46,577 bases of DNA from a virus. The stretch spans positions 1 to 46,577 of the IMG/VR virus record IMGVR_UViG_3300032144_000020; one strand, 5' to 3'. How positions within the stretch are numbered: the first letter of the stretch is position 1; the number at the start of each line of letters is the position of its first letter. The position numbers and the translations under genes are program-made. Below are positions 8,701-17,462 of the stretch, one piece after another. The notes beneath the pieces are model-generated. The model was not told the origin of the DNA, did not search any database, and was given only the letters and a program-made list of their open reading frames with translations.

Positions 8701-9218
8701 TCGTTCGTCGCGGCCTTGATGTCGTAGTAGAGAGGCACCCCAGAAGCCGCCCCGAACTGGAGCGCAGCTCCAGCGGGGCCGCCGAAGACCGTCCCTGGAA
8801 CCGACCCGACGATCGAGCCAGCGCCGGAGGCCAGCGCTTCACCGAGTCCGCCACGTCCGCGCGTCTCCTCCGGGTAGACCTCCTGTGAGAGTCCGCGGAG
8901 GCCGCCCTCCAGCTCGGAGAAGAAGGGCGTCTCCTCTGAGAGGCCCAGAGCGTGGGAGAGCTTCTGCGAGGCGATCTTCGCTCCGCCGGCACCTTGGGCA
9001 AGGAAGTCAAGCGCGCCGCCAGCGAAAGCGCCGGCGAGTCCGGGACGCTTGGGGACCAACCCGCGAAGTCCAGCCGCGAAGTCTTCCGGACTCAGTTCCT
9101 CGTCGGCGGGCTCTGGAGCCTTCAGGCCGGCTACGAACTCATCCAGAGAAAGCTCATCGGTCGGCTGCGCCGGCTTGGTGGGCACGGTTCCTCCGATCGA
9201 GCAGCGCCTTCTTGGCAA
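5766..9218 (-). CDS. Large internal virion / ejection-type protein, 1150 aa
   Basis: It has Gly/Ala-rich hydrophobic N-terminal segments, a long acidic low-complexity linker, an extended Arg/Glu/Lys coiled coil and Gly-rich C-terminal hydrophobic segments. It is the last of three such genes after the tail gene, in the position of T7 gp14-16. An alternative start is GTG 9185, preceded by GGAGG. Confidence 0.55.
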   Translation of the reverse strand: MPRRRCSIGGTVPTKPAQPTDELSLDEFVAGLKAPEPADEELSPEDFAAGLRGLVPKRPGLAGAFAGGALDFLAQGAGGAKIASQKLSHALGLSEETPFFSELEGGLRGLSQEVYPEETRGRGGLGEALASGAGSIVGSVPGTVFGGPAGAALQFGAASGVPLYYDIKAATNDEEAATYGLLFGAAVGQLEQFGAEKVAGGIVKKLIGRDIGEALRRAVISKAIGTAGAEAGTEVAEQALTDLIYEKFTGEDIDNWERMKATLPPSLLLGGAFGVLDSALQRRPSAALPESATQGIIDEPVEAPQEPLGEAKAQEATEATQEPTAQSEATQEATEGAEMLGEPPAAAAGLQEPVQTEGGMLPTPEEPNAAQGEPARPPGKSGHETEAPPAPDADKGSGSNPSEETTGVRNSVVERELERMGLEPPPKAERRRWVGLHEEAKAKLAEDPHAGSKLVKALEEKPRAVSDSENAILSFEANRLVEAQKKADAAYAKDPTEANLAALDATRKDYDKTAAVLKKSGTISGQALSARQILLKNDYSLAGMESRIRGIKRGANLTPEESAEIKAIHTRLEKAEAAITAREAAVAKREADIELKRMEREVARPLRVKRRAEEIAKIDAEIKKLWDELGEHVKTHAFAGPDSKTIVLYGKLAGKVIQRGGVTFAQWADQMVGRFGENVRPHLKAAWESGVREQYEERRRAAQKMSLRRVTKKLRGRIEEGDFSKEKRQPIEPDDEIVKLKTERNIVRREFERLRRRHERAIRTTPERIKDAIKEVLDLPRAIFSSMDLSAVRRQGGFLTSAHPFRSARDAKKMLKAFADPHYALQVDTAIRERPGHALAESAGLELTSSDEIGPQEEGLRSALSDRIPGIQASNRAYVTYLNLQRANAFDSIVESLPKKPSLDEAKAIAEFVNVATGRASGKAKKLASALEDLRLFWSPKYTISRFQLLGRPLTMAFDKRLSRSAKKAIGKEYARYVAGQGAYYALLGLTGYAVAEMNDEEFEIGTDIRSSDFGKIRVGNTRIDPLSGLAQVGVLLGRMATGETNTSGGKVKKLDGKGPFGQSRLDVAMRFLRSKAGPIPGRIIDAMAGETYTGEEVTTTEALLAPPIPGSWGDTYAAMKALGVPEGMILGAFSILGDGLATYEKKKAR

Positions 9219-10350
9219 CGGCCTGGTTCGCAGCGGTGAGCGGGATCCCCTGCTCCTTCATCTTACGAGCGAGATCGGCCTCGTCTTCGATGTCCTCGGC
9301 GAGCGTTGCGACCGTGCGGTAGATGACCTCTCCCTTGGGCTTGGGAAGCGGCTGCGCCTGCGCCGATGACGACGTAGACCCCGGGTAGCGCTTCTCCTTC
9401 TCGGCCTTCTGGGAGGCGACGTGCTTCTCCATCGCCTTGCCGCCGATCTTGAACTTCTGCTGGGCGTGCTCCTGCGCGCCCTCACGAGCCCTCTTTGCGT
9501 CGTCCTCGTCCATGTCGCCCAGGAGCTTCGCCCGCTCCTGGCGCTGCTTGCGCTGTGATCCGTAGCGCTGCTCCATCTCCTTGTGTTCCACCTTCGCCTG
9601 CGCGTCTAGGTGGCGCTGCCCAGCGAGAAGGGCTGCCTGGACGTTCTGGAGCATGTGGGCGGCGCTGCCGGGCTCGGAGTGTCCCGCGGCGTCGTTCTGG
9701 TACTCGTTGAGGAGCGACTCGGCCGTGAGGCGCTCCTGCCCCGGAGGGAAGGCATCGATGAGGGCCTGGGCTTGCCCAATCAGCTCGCCGTTCTTCTTGA
9801 AGGCGAGTGTCTCGATGTTCTTCGCCTGCGTGATCTTCCCGATCTCCTGCGTGATGTTCTCGGGGCTCTCGCCTGAGTCCATCCGCATCTTGTACTCCTC
9901 GGGGTCGATCGTGCCGTTCTTGCCGGCGCGGTCGATGACGTCCAGCGCAGCCCTCTTCTGCTTGTCCTTGGCGATCGAGTCGCTGAGGGACTTGAAGTCC
10001 TCGTCGAGCATCGCCTGGGCCTTTGGGTCCTTGGTGCGCCCGCGAAGCTGGACGTACTCCTGGAGCATTTTCTGTTCGGGCGGGAGGCCGGCCGCCATCG
10101 CAGCCATCTGCTGCTGCTTCAACGCCTGCACGTCTCCCATCTGGACGCGGGCATTGATGTCGGCCATGGCCTTCGCCTGCTCGCGCTTGTACTCCGCCAT
10201 GGAGTGCTGGATCTGAAGCCCGAGGCGAAGACGCTCGGCCTCGTTGGCGCGGGCCTCCTTCGCACGCTCAGTCCCCTGCGCGTGTCCGGCGAGGAACGCG
10301 AGGCCGGGGTCCTCGTACTGCTGCGGAGAGCCTGAGACGATCCGGACCAC
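9154..10350 (-). CDS. Internal virion protein, coiled-coil rich, 398 aa
   Basis: Track ORF with a GTG start directly after the upstream stop. It is Gln/Lys/Glu/Ala rich. The call is by position. Confidence 0.5.
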   Translation of the reverse strand: MVRIVSGSPQQYEDPGLAFLAGHAQGTERAKEARANEAERLRLGLQIQHSMAEYKREQAKAMADINARVQMGDVQALKQQQMAAMAAGLPPEQKMLQEYVQLRGRTKDPKAQAMLDEDFKSLSDSIAKDKQKRAALDVIDRAGKNGTIDPEEYKMRMDSGESPENITQEIGKITQAKNIETLAFKKNGELIGQAQALIDAFPPGQERLTAESLLNEYQNDAAGHSEPGSAAHMLQNVQAALLAGQRHLDAQAKVEHKEMEQRYGSQRKQRQERAKLLGDMDEDDAKRAREGAQEHAQQKFKIGGKAMEKHVASQKAEKEKRYPGSTSSSAQAQPLPKPKGEVIYRTVATLAEDIEDEADLARKMKEQGIPLTAANQAVAKKALLDRRNRAHQAGAADR

Positions 10351-11223
10351 CTAGAAGCTCCCGTTGGCCTGGTAGGGACCCTGGAGGACGTCGTGTCCCG
10401 TCCCTCCAAAGAAGCTGCCGTAGCCCATGTCCTTGCCGCCGGGCTTCCCGCCGAAGAGCCACTGGAGCATGCGGGGGTCCATCTGCTGCTGTTGGCTCTG
10501 CTGGCTACCCATGTACTGCCCGAGGCCCTGCATCATGCCGGGGAACGCCATCTCGAAGCCGCTGGGCGTCCCAGTGATCGGGGCCTGCATCTGGCCGAGT
10601 TGGCCGCCGCCGAGGAGGCGCATCTGGCCGAGCTGGCTCATCATGTTCCCGCGCTGGGCGGCGAGGTCGCCTAGGCGCTGAGTGCCCGCAGCCTCCGCCC
10701 CGGCCCGCCCCATGGCGAGATCGGCGAACATGGGCGCAAGGCCCTCGTTGATCCCCTGGAGCTGCCTGTTCGTGTCTGAGGCGATCCCGCGCTGTAGGTT
10801 GGCCCCGATCGTAGTCGACCCGAGGCCCCTGCTGGCGAGCCCCTGAGAGGCCGAGGCGCCGAGCTGGCCCTCGCGGTCTAGGGCGCTCTGGCGGGAGGCT
10901 TGCCCGAGGCGGTCCGCCTCGCGCTTGGCTGCGTCGTAGCCGGAGAGCTGCTGGCCGGTCGCCTGGCGCGTCAGCGCCTCCTGCTGGGAGAGGCCGCGGC
11001 CCTGGATGGCCTCCGTCGTGTCGATGGCCTTCCCGATGCGCTTCAGCATGGAGCGCTTGTCCTTCTTGGCGCGCTTGCTGGCGAGGTGTCCGCCGAGGAG
11101 GCTTCCGCCCATCATGGCGGAGAGCGATCCGAGGCCCATGCCTCCGCCACCGCCACCACCACCTCCTCCGCCCTCGCCGCCGCCGCCCATGAGGCCGGGG
11201 AGCATCTGGGCGAGCATTGCCAT
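10351..11223 (-). CDS. Internal virion protein, Gly/Gln rich, 290 aa
   Basis: The N-terminus MLPGLMGGGGEGGGGGGGGGGGMGLGS is followed by a Gln/Gly/Met-rich repetitive sequence. The call is by position. Confidence 0.5.
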   Translation of the reverse strand: MAMLAQMLPGLMGGGGEGGGGGGGGGGGMGLGSLSAMMGGSLLGGHLASKRAKKDKRSMLKRIGKAIDTTEAIQGRGLSQQEALTRQATGQQLSGYDAAKREADRLGQASRQSALDREGQLGASASQGLASRGLGSTTIGANLQRGIASDTNRQLQGINEGLAPMFADLAMGRAGAEAAGTQRLGDLAAQRGNMMSQLGQMRLLGGGQLGQMQAPITGTPSGFEMAFPGMMQGLGQYMGSQQSQQQQMDPRMLQWLFGGKPGGKDMGYGSFFGGTGHDVLQGPYQANGSF

Positions 11224-11280
11224 CGTGAAGGGATCCGTGGTTACACCCCTGCCTTTCTTTGGCGACAGCGCAGCATCATG

Positions 11281-11625
11281 TCAGGCGGTCCCCCGCACGC
11301 GGCGGGTCCTCCGTAGTTCGGCCAGAAGCTCGTTCACCTTGGACACGATGGTAGCGGCCGTGGCGCTCGTCTCTAGGTCCGCGATCCTGTCCATCTGTTC
11401 ACGGTTCTTGTCACCAAGGACCTGAGGACTCACCCGTAGGCCGTCACGGGTCATCTCCAGGCCGGAGTCCTTGGAGAGCTTCGCTCCGAGACGACCGTCT
11501 TTGTCCACGGCGAGCGAGCCGTTGAATCGCTGCGTCGACTCCGCCCCGCCATCGAGGCTGCGGCGCACGCGGCCAGGGAGGCCGCTGCCGGCGCGGGGCG
11601 TGAAGCGTTGCGGGGTGCCGGCCAT
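11281..11625 (-). CDS. Hypothetical structural-module protein, 114 aa
   Basis: Track ORF abutting the upstream ORF (stop 11626 / start 11625). No motif recognised. Confidence 0.5.
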   Translation of the reverse strand: MAGTPQRFTPRAGSGLPGRVRRSLDGGAESTQRFNGSLAVDKDGRLGAKLSKDSGLEMTRDGLRVSPQVLGDKNREQMDRIADLETSATAATIVSKVNELLAELRRTRRVRGTA

Positions 11626-11847
11626 CTATGCCTCCAGGTGCTCGAACTGCGGGGGGTAAACGCGATTGTGGCTCACGATGGCGGTCTCCAGGGTGCAGTT
11701 CCAGGTCACTACCGGGTCGCACCAGCAGTCGGAGGCCACCCAGTGCTTCTGGGCCGCCCTGTGGGGGAGGACATGCACGAGCCCGTCGACGATCGACTCC
11801 AGCCCGTCCAGGCGGCGCGTGTCCACGACTAGCCAGCGGTAGCCCAC
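11626..11847 (-). CDS. Hypothetical protein, 73 aa
   Basis: The GTG at 11847 shares one base with the TAG of the 1315-aa gene (TAGTG). It is tightly packed in the operon. Confidence 0.45.
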   Translation of the reverse strand: MGYRWLVVDTRRLDGLESIVDGLVHVLPHRAAQKHWVASDCWCDPVVTWNCTLETAIVSHNRVYPPQFEHLEA

Positions 11848-14800
11848 TAGTTCACCAGCCTAGGCCGCGCCATGCCGGCTGGCGAGACGTAGATGTAGCC
11901 TCTCTCCCAGGAGAACCGCTCCTCGGCCGCCACGTTGCGCAGGCGGAGGCCGCAGTAGGGCCCCACGATCTTCCGCCACTGGGGAGGGTTTCTGCCTGGC
12001 CCAAGCGTCCCTTGGGCGACCGCGATCCCGAAGCTGTCGGGCTCGTCGGAGGCAAAGAGTTCGTACCGGCATCCATTGTCCCTGTCCCCGAGGACGACCG
12101 TGAGCCCCGAGAACTGGGTCTCCATGCCGGAGGAGTCCTCGCCCGTCTGGAGCGGGAAGAGCGTCAGGAGGGCATCGATCGGCTGCTTCGTGGACCCGTC
12201 CGTCTGCGTGTCGTCCGAGCGCGCCGAGGCGTCCCACTTCCTGACAAACCCGTCCTCGCACCCGAAGAGGAGCACCCGGTCGTCGAACTCGTCGCCGTCG
12301 ATTACGAGGAGGTCCGTGGGCTGGACGTTCGTGTGCGCTGCCGCGCCGAAAAGGTCCTTGGCGAAGGCGTCGGGCTGCTGCTCCCAGAAGAAGTGGGAGA
12401 CCTGGGTCCCGCCCGCGCCGAAGGGGCACTGGACGAGATGCACGCCCTCGTCCTGGTAGTTCCAGGCGAGCTTGACGTGGTAGGTGCCGAAGTCGATCTC
12501 CTGGAGTTGGCGCTCGATCCTGTTCACGCTCAGGCGCTCAGGCTTCATGCCAGGAGCCCAGCGGAAGAGGCCGCCGCGCGAGCCGACGAAGTAGAGGACG
12601 CCGTTCGGGTCCTTACACCACGGACGCCCGAAGGCCATCCCCGTGATGTCGCTAACTAGCTCGAAGCGCCCGCCGGCTGCGGGGTCGCCCACGAGCGCCC
12701 AGATCGAGTGGTCGCCGCCGAAGACGAGAACGTCCTCCGAGTATGGGACGACGCTGTTGATGATGTCCGGGCAGAGGCCAGCGCTGGAGTTGTTGCCGGC
12801 CACCGCCTGCGTCTCGTTCGGTACGGGCGGGAAGTAGTCCCAGTCGGTCGGGTCGTCCTTCTTCGAGAGGAACCAGTTGTGGGGCTCGTCGGCGCTCCGC
12901 GCCAGCACCAAGCGCCCGCGCCACGTTTCGATGAGGGCGCAGCGGCTCGGGAGTTCCCCGGCCGAGAGGCACTTGAGGCGCGTTACGGCGTTCGTGATCG
13001 GCTCGTAGACCTGCACCACGCGGCCGTCCGTCCAGTAGGCCTTCTTGAAGAGGGCGATGGACTGGATGTACTTCGCCGTCGAGTCGAGCGCCGCCGTGCC
13101 CCCGGTGGGGGTCGTGACGCCGCCCGTCGTGAACTTCACGATGTCGCCGCCGGAGACGCCCATCGTGAAGAGGCTGCGCGGCGAGCCTGACGCCTGCGCC
13201 GAGTTCACGAGGCGGATGTTGTGGACGTTCGGGAGGTCCACCTCGGCCTGATTCGTGCCTACGACGATGAACTCCACGCGCTTCGTGGTGAGGTCGCTCC
13301 GGTAGTCGGGGATCTTCCGGTCCACCGCCACGGCGTAGCTCTCCGTCTCGGGGCCGGTCGTTCCGTCGTGTAGCAGCGTCCCGTCCTTCTGGTAGACCCG
13401 GAAGCCCGCGATCAGCCCCCCGTTAGCGGGGAATGGCGTGTAGAGGTTGTCGAACTCGTCTACGTCGATGCGCGGGTACTTGTAGGTCTGGTTGAAGTTC
13501 GACGGGTAGGCCGTGCTCCACGCGCCGTCTGCCGTGGCGAGCGAGAAGTCATCCCCGAGGTCGATAATGAGGCGCACCTGGGCGTCGTCGTCCGAGCCGG
13601 TGCCAGTAGGGGCGGGACCAAGCGAGTAGACGTTCCCGTCCGAGTTGACGGCGACGGCGTAGCCGAAGCCACCAGTTCGGTTGCCGGAGACCAACTCCAT
13701 CTCGTTCGCCGTCCACTTGATCTTGCCCTCCGCCGAGTACTTGACGACGCAACCGAAGCGCTTGTTCGCCAAAGCCTGGGCCGTGTTGACCCCCGTCCCG
13801 GCCTGGTTCGGCGGACCCGAGAGGCGGTCTTGCCCAGAGCCCGTGATCCCGTAGGGGTGCGGGTAGTTGTTCACGGCCGGCGTCCCGAAGGGGAGGGACA
13901 CCTGCGAGCCGTACTTGTGGGCGAGGTAGCCCACGATGTTCGTGTGCTCATTCACCGTCTGCGAGGCGGCGAGCGAGTTGAACTGGAGGTCGTCGAACGA
14001 GACGACGTTCTGGGTGGCGTCGTTCCGGTTCTTCAGGTCCAGGACTACGACCTCCAGGATGTCCCCGAGATACCCCTCGACGCCGCTGGAGGGGTTGGTG
14101 TCGCTTCCCTGCACCGAGCGCCAGATCCCCATGTACGAGGCCCTGAGCGTCTCCTGGGCTCTGGAGGAGAAGGAGTCGATCGGCGATCCGTTGATCGAGT
14201 ACATCGACTTCGCGGTCGTCACGTTCCCGTCGCAGATCATCCCGATGATCGTGACCTGCCCTAGGTTCGTCGTCGTCGAGTCGGGGTTCGTCCCGTTGTC
14301 GTTCCGGACGTCGAAGCGGCCCTCCCTGATCTGCCCACCTGTGCCGTCGCCGTTGGCGAGTGCGGTCTCCCCCGTGAACCAGAAGAGACGCCCAGAAGAG
14401 GTCGTCGGCGGGAGGCTGCTCCCGTTGGCGCTGGAGGCGTTGACGAAGAGGATGTGGTCATCCGACCCCGACGCCGCGTTGTCCCTATCCTGGCCCATGA
14501 GCCAGCGCGAGACGGCCGAGAGGTCCGACTGCGCGGTCTGGGAGGGGCGGCAGACGATGTAGAGGGCGAAGGCAGAGCCCGTGTAGCCCGGGAGGAGGGT
14601 CCTCTGCTGGTCGGCGAACGTCTTCGCCATCGACGCATTGGGCGAGCTCCTGAGGGCCTGGAAGGGCGGCTGCTGGGGGGCCGTGACGTTGTTCGGCTGC
14701 GTGAACCTGAGGCCCTTGTGCTCCAGGTAGGAGTCGAGGGCGAGCTGGGGGCCGGTGTCCCCCTGGGCGTCGTCGTACGGGGCGAAGAGGTGGCGGAGGT

Positions 14801-15794
14801 TCCGCGAGCTGTCGCGCCAGCGGTAGATCTCCACCCCCTCCTCGAAGTCGCTCACGACGTCGGTCGAGTCGAGGTCATCGCCCTTGAGCCAGGCCCAGGT
14901 GCGGCGGTCGGCGTTCTCCAGCTTCGAGACGTCCCAGTCCACCGAGTCCGGGGAGGAGTCGGGGTACATGGGGTCCGGGTCGCGCCAGTAGAGGTTCGTC
15001 GTGTCGCCGGCAGGCTCGCACGCGACGAGGACCGCGCCGTCCTTCTTGATGGCGATGGAGTTGACCGGATAGGGGACCTTCCACTCCTTCGCCAGCTCGG
15101 GGTTGGCGGTCGTGATGAACTCGTAGATGCGGACGCACGCCTTCTTGCGCTCGACCCGGTTCTGGCAGGTGTAGAGCTTCCCCTGGGAGACCTTGATGTC
15201 CTCCGTGTAGGCCTTGGGGGAGATCTCCCAGAGCTTGTTGGTCTTGTTGTCGGGAATCTGCTCGAAGCAGAAGATCTTCGCCGTCGCCTGCGCGCCGCCC
15301 TCGGAGACGCCGACGATCACGAGGTCCTCGTCCGTGACCGCGAGCGCGCGGATGACGTGGTTGGTGTCCACGACGGGCACAGCGAGCTGCCACACCTGGG
15401 CACCGTCCGCGGAGAACTTCACGACCCCGGAGTTGCCGGAGAGCGCGTAGCGGTTCCCCTGACGGTCGATCTTGACGTTGCGGCAGGCCCCTCCGCCCGG
15501 GGTCGCCTCGTCCCAGGTCTCCGTCTCAGACCCCGACGCCGCCGCCGTGTACGTCACCTGGCGGTTGTCCACGAAGAAGGTCGTGAGGCCCACCGCCTTC
15601 GTCCCAGGCGTCTTGAGCGCGCTCGTCAGGTACTTCGAGAGACCGGCGCGCTGCGCCCCCCTCAGGCGGCCGTTGGTGCAGTCCCGTAGGCGGACGTTCT
15701 GGTACTGGCGCGCGGTCCCCTCGGGCTGGTCAGAGAACGACCACCCCTCGACGAGGCCGGCGGCGGGCCAGCGGATGGGGAAGGGCTTCTCCAT
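11847..15794 (-). CDS. Giant multi-domain tail/nozzle-type structural protein, 1315 aa
   Basis: It has beta-propeller-like segments (short strand repeats with DG/NG turns). It has a LamG/ConA-like segment (AFALYIVCRP...GDILEVVVLD). Its C-terminal 450 aa look like the podovirus tail tubular B / nozzle class. It lies between the adaptor-like and internal-protein genes. Confidence 0.5.
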   Translation of the reverse strand: MEKPFPIRWPAAGLVEGWSFSDQPEGTARQYQNVRLRDCTNGRLRGAQRAGLSKYLTSALKTPGTKAVGLTTFFVDNRQVTYTAAASGSETETWDEATPGGGACRNVKIDRQGNRYALSGNSGVVKFSADGAQVWQLAVPVVDTNHVIRALAVTDEDLVIVGVSEGGAQATAKIFCFEQIPDNKTNKLWEISPKAYTEDIKVSQGKLYTCQNRVERKKACVRIYEFITTANPELAKEWKVPYPVNSIAIKKDGAVLVACEPAGDTTNLYWRDPDPMYPDSSPDSVDWDVSKLENADRRTWAWLKGDDLDSTDVVSDFEEGVEIYRWRDSSRNLRHLFAPYDDAQGDTGPQLALDSYLEHKGLRFTQPNNVTAPQQPPFQALRSSPNASMAKTFADQQRTLLPGYTGSAFALYIVCRPSQTAQSDLSAVSRWLMGQDRDNAASGSDDHILFVNASSANGSSLPPTTSSGRLFWFTGETALANGDGTGGQIREGRFDVRNDNGTNPDSTTTNLGQVTIIGMICDGNVTTAKSMYSINGSPIDSFSSRAQETLRASYMGIWRSVQGSDTNPSSGVEGYLGDILEVVVLDLKNRNDATQNVVSFDDLQFNSLAASQTVNEHTNIVGYLAHKYGSQVSLPFGTPAVNNYPHPYGITGSGQDRLSGPPNQAGTGVNTAQALANKRFGCVVKYSAEGKIKWTANEMELVSGNRTGGFGYAVAVNSDGNVYSLGPAPTGTGSDDDAQVRLIIDLGDDFSLATADGAWSTAYPSNFNQTYKYPRIDVDEFDNLYTPFPANGGLIAGFRVYQKDGTLLHDGTTGPETESYAVAVDRKIPDYRSDLTTKRVEFIVVGTNQAEVDLPNVHNIRLVNSAQASGSPRSLFTMGVSGGDIVKFTTGGVTTPTGGTAALDSTAKYIQSIALFKKAYWTDGRVVQVYEPITNAVTRLKCLSAGELPSRCALIETWRGRLVLARSADEPHNWFLSKKDDPTDWDYFPPVPNETQAVAGNNSSAGLCPDIINSVVPYSEDVLVFGGDHSIWALVGDPAAGGRFELVSDITGMAFGRPWCKDPNGVLYFVGSRGGLFRWAPGMKPERLSVNRIERQLQEIDFGTYHVKLAWNYQDEGVHLVQCPFGAGGTQVSHFFWEQQPDAFAKDLFGAAAHTNVQPTDLLVIDGDEFDDRVLLFGCEDGFVRKWDASARSDDTQTDGSTKQPIDALLTLFPLQTGEDSSGMETQFSGLTVVLGDRDNGCRYELFASDEPDSFGIAVAQGTLGPGRNPPQWRKIVGPYCGLRLRNVAAEERFSWERGYIYVSPAGMARPRLVN

Positions 15795-15833
15795 GTCCTA
15801 GAGCGGCGGGCTGACGGTTAGAATGTCGGGGAA

Positions 15834-16478
15834 ATGGCCTACAACCTCGCTGGGCGGCGCTTCGGGCTCCTCTTGGTTCTCGGGCTTCATGGCCGGAGGC
15901 GCACGACGGACAACAAGACCGTACGTCTGTGGCTCTGTCGATGCGACTGCGGCAAGGAGAAGCCGATACCGGCCGGACAGCTTTTGACCGACGGAACCCG
16001 CTCGTGCGGCTGCCTTGTAGGCGAATTCCACGGACTGAGCAGTCACCCCCTGTACAGCACATGGAACGGCATGAAACAGCGCTGCCGAGGAAGCAACCCG
16101 CTCTACGGCGGACGCGGCATCCGAGTCTGCGCTCGCTGGGAGCGATCCTTCTCTGCGTTCCTCGCCGACATGGGGGAACGCCCAAGCGACATTCACTCGC
16201 TCGACCGAATCGACTCCGACGGAGACTACACGCCCAAGAACTGCCGATGGGCGACGCCGCTGGAGCAGACCAACAACAGCCGCAGGCCAACCTTCTTCGA
16301 TGTGGGTGGCGAGAGGCTCTCCATCCGGCAGCTGAGCATCCGCGCCGGAGTCAGGGACAGGCTCGTCTACAAGCGGCTGAAGCTCGGCTGGACTCTCGAT
16401 GAAGCCATCCGCATCAAACCGGTCGTCGGGCGTAATCAGTATTGCGACCATAGGTCACAGGGGCGGAGAGACCCTTGA
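15834..16478 (+). CDS. HNH-like homing-endonuclease-family protein (zinc-ribbon N-terminus plus LDRID..NCRWAT..EQ..N module)
   Basis: RFGLLLVLG...WLCRCDCGKEKPIPAGQLLTDGTRSCGC, then YSTWNGMKQRC...YGGRGIRVCARW...SLDRIDSDGDYTPKNCRWATPLEQTNNSRR. This matches a widespread phage family usually annotated as HNH endonuclease (from memory). It is the only plus-strand gene inside the structural operon. Confidence 0.7.
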   Translation: MAYNLAGRRFGLLLVLGLHGRRRTTDNKTVRLWLCRCDCGKEKPIPAGQLLTDGTRSCGCLVGEFHGLSSHPLYSTWNGMKQRCRGSNPLYGGRGIRVCARWERSFSAFLADMGERPSDIHSLDRIDSDGDYTPKNCRWATPLEQTNNSRRPTFFDVGGERLSIRQLSIRAGVRDRLVYKRLKLGWTLDEAIRIKPVVGRNQYCDHRSQGRRDP

Positions 16479-17405
16479 GGCCAGCTCATTGAAGTTCGAC
16501 ACCCGACCCCGACGCCAGATCGTAGGCCCGCCTCCACGCAGCTTCCCGAAGGAGGGCTGCACGTTGCCGTCAGAGCGCTTGGCAGCCTCGAAGATGGGGC
16601 CGGCTCCGATCTCGGCGAGGCGGGCGTCGAGCGAGCCCAGGTCCTCCCTGACGTAGCCTCGGGCGAAGGCGCGGGCGATCTGGATGAGCAGGGCCTCCAC
16701 GAACTCCGGGACGTCGATGACCGTCGAGTCGGTGCGGAGCGTCGCCCACCTGGAGCGATAGAAGAGGCGAAAGGCCCCGACCTCGTTGTCCCCCGCCCCC
16801 GGGCCGATCTCGAGAACTGGGGTCGGCGGCGAGCCGACGTAGGCGACTGCGGCGTACCACGCGATGTCCGTTGGCCCGGAGTCTTCGCGCATGTGCAGGA
16901 CCTCGGAGAGCGAGGTCAGTGTGACCGTGCGCTCTACCGTATCCGTCCCGTGGATGGCGATGATGTCCCGGAGGTCGTCGGGGAGGTCGATCGTGAACGG
17001 CTGGAGGACGAACCCGACGCCCGTCTGGTCGGTCGCGGAGATCGACGTCGAGAGGACGACGGCGTTGTCGGACGTCCTGCTCCCGACCTCGTAGAAGCCC
17101 TCCGTGGCTCCACTGCCGCCGTCGTTTATCTGGATCTCGTCGCCCTCGACGAAGGCGTACGTCGTGAAGGCGCTGGAGAGCGTCAGCGTGTTCGTGGCGG
17201 CCGTCCAGGTAGCGCCAGTGCCGGAGACCGTACCCCGGAGGTCGAGGAGCGTCGCGCGCCCCTGCGCCCAGCGCCAGGGGTGCATAGAGTAGAGGTGCTG
17301 CCCCGCCTGATTGAGGACGTTGATCTGGTCCAGGTTGGGCGGGAACTCGCCGCCGCCCAGCGTGTCCCGCATGTGGTCTAGGATGTGCTTGACGGATACA
17401 GCCAT
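16455..17405 (-). CDS. Virion structural protein in the position of the head-tail adaptor / tail tubular A, 316 aa
   Basis: Track ORF, the first gene after the capsid/decoration pair. The call is by position only. Confidence 0.4.
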   Translation of the reverse strand: MAVSVKHILDHMRDTLGGGEFPPNLDQINVLNQAGQHLYSMHPWRWAQGRATLLDLRGTVSGTGATWTAATNTLTLSSAFTTYAFVEGDEIQINDGGSGATEGFYEVGSRTSDNAVVLSTSISATDQTGVGFVLQPFTIDLPDDLRDIIAIHGTDTVERTVTLTSLSEVLHMREDSGPTDIAWYAAVAYVGSPPTPVLEIGPGAGDNEVGAFRLFYRSRWATLRTDSTVIDVPEFVEALLIQIARAFARGYVREDLGSLDARLAEIGAGPIFEAAKRSDGNVQPSFGKLRGGGPTIWRRGRVSNFNELASRVSPPL

Positions 17406-17425
17406 GGGGCGACCTCAAAGGGAGC

Positions 17426-17462
17426 GGCCCCCACTCCCCGCGTGGGTCGGGAAGCGGGGGCC
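17426..17462 (-). terminator. Strong hairpin after the capsid-decoration pair (attenuator/terminator candidate)
   Basis: On the minus-sense RNA, GGCCCCCGCUUCCC-9 nt-GGGGAGUGGGGGCC forms a 14-bp stem with two G.U pairs. On the plus sense the same positions are A.C mismatches. Only a short CCCUUU follows. Confidence 0.4.

Noticed and set aside
11135-11175. Poly-glycine-encoding tract as a phase-variable slippage site
   Set aside because: The Gly codons are mixed (GGC/GGT/GGA/GGG) rather than forming a homopolymer or a perfect triplet repeat. The tract is more likely a simple flexible linker.
11628-15689. Plus-strand track ORFs inside the 1315-aa gene (343 aa, 411 aa and others)
   Set aside because: They are typical high-GC antisense shadows, rich in Arg, Gly, Val and Pro. 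The minus frame is continuous for 3.9 kb with protein-like composition.
15798-16451. 217-aa minus-strand ORF that would keep the structural operon uninterrupted
   Set aside because: It is the exact antisense of the plus-strand ORF, which carries the CRCDCG...SCGC and LDRID..NCRWAT..EQ..N family motifs. The minus product has no recognisable features.
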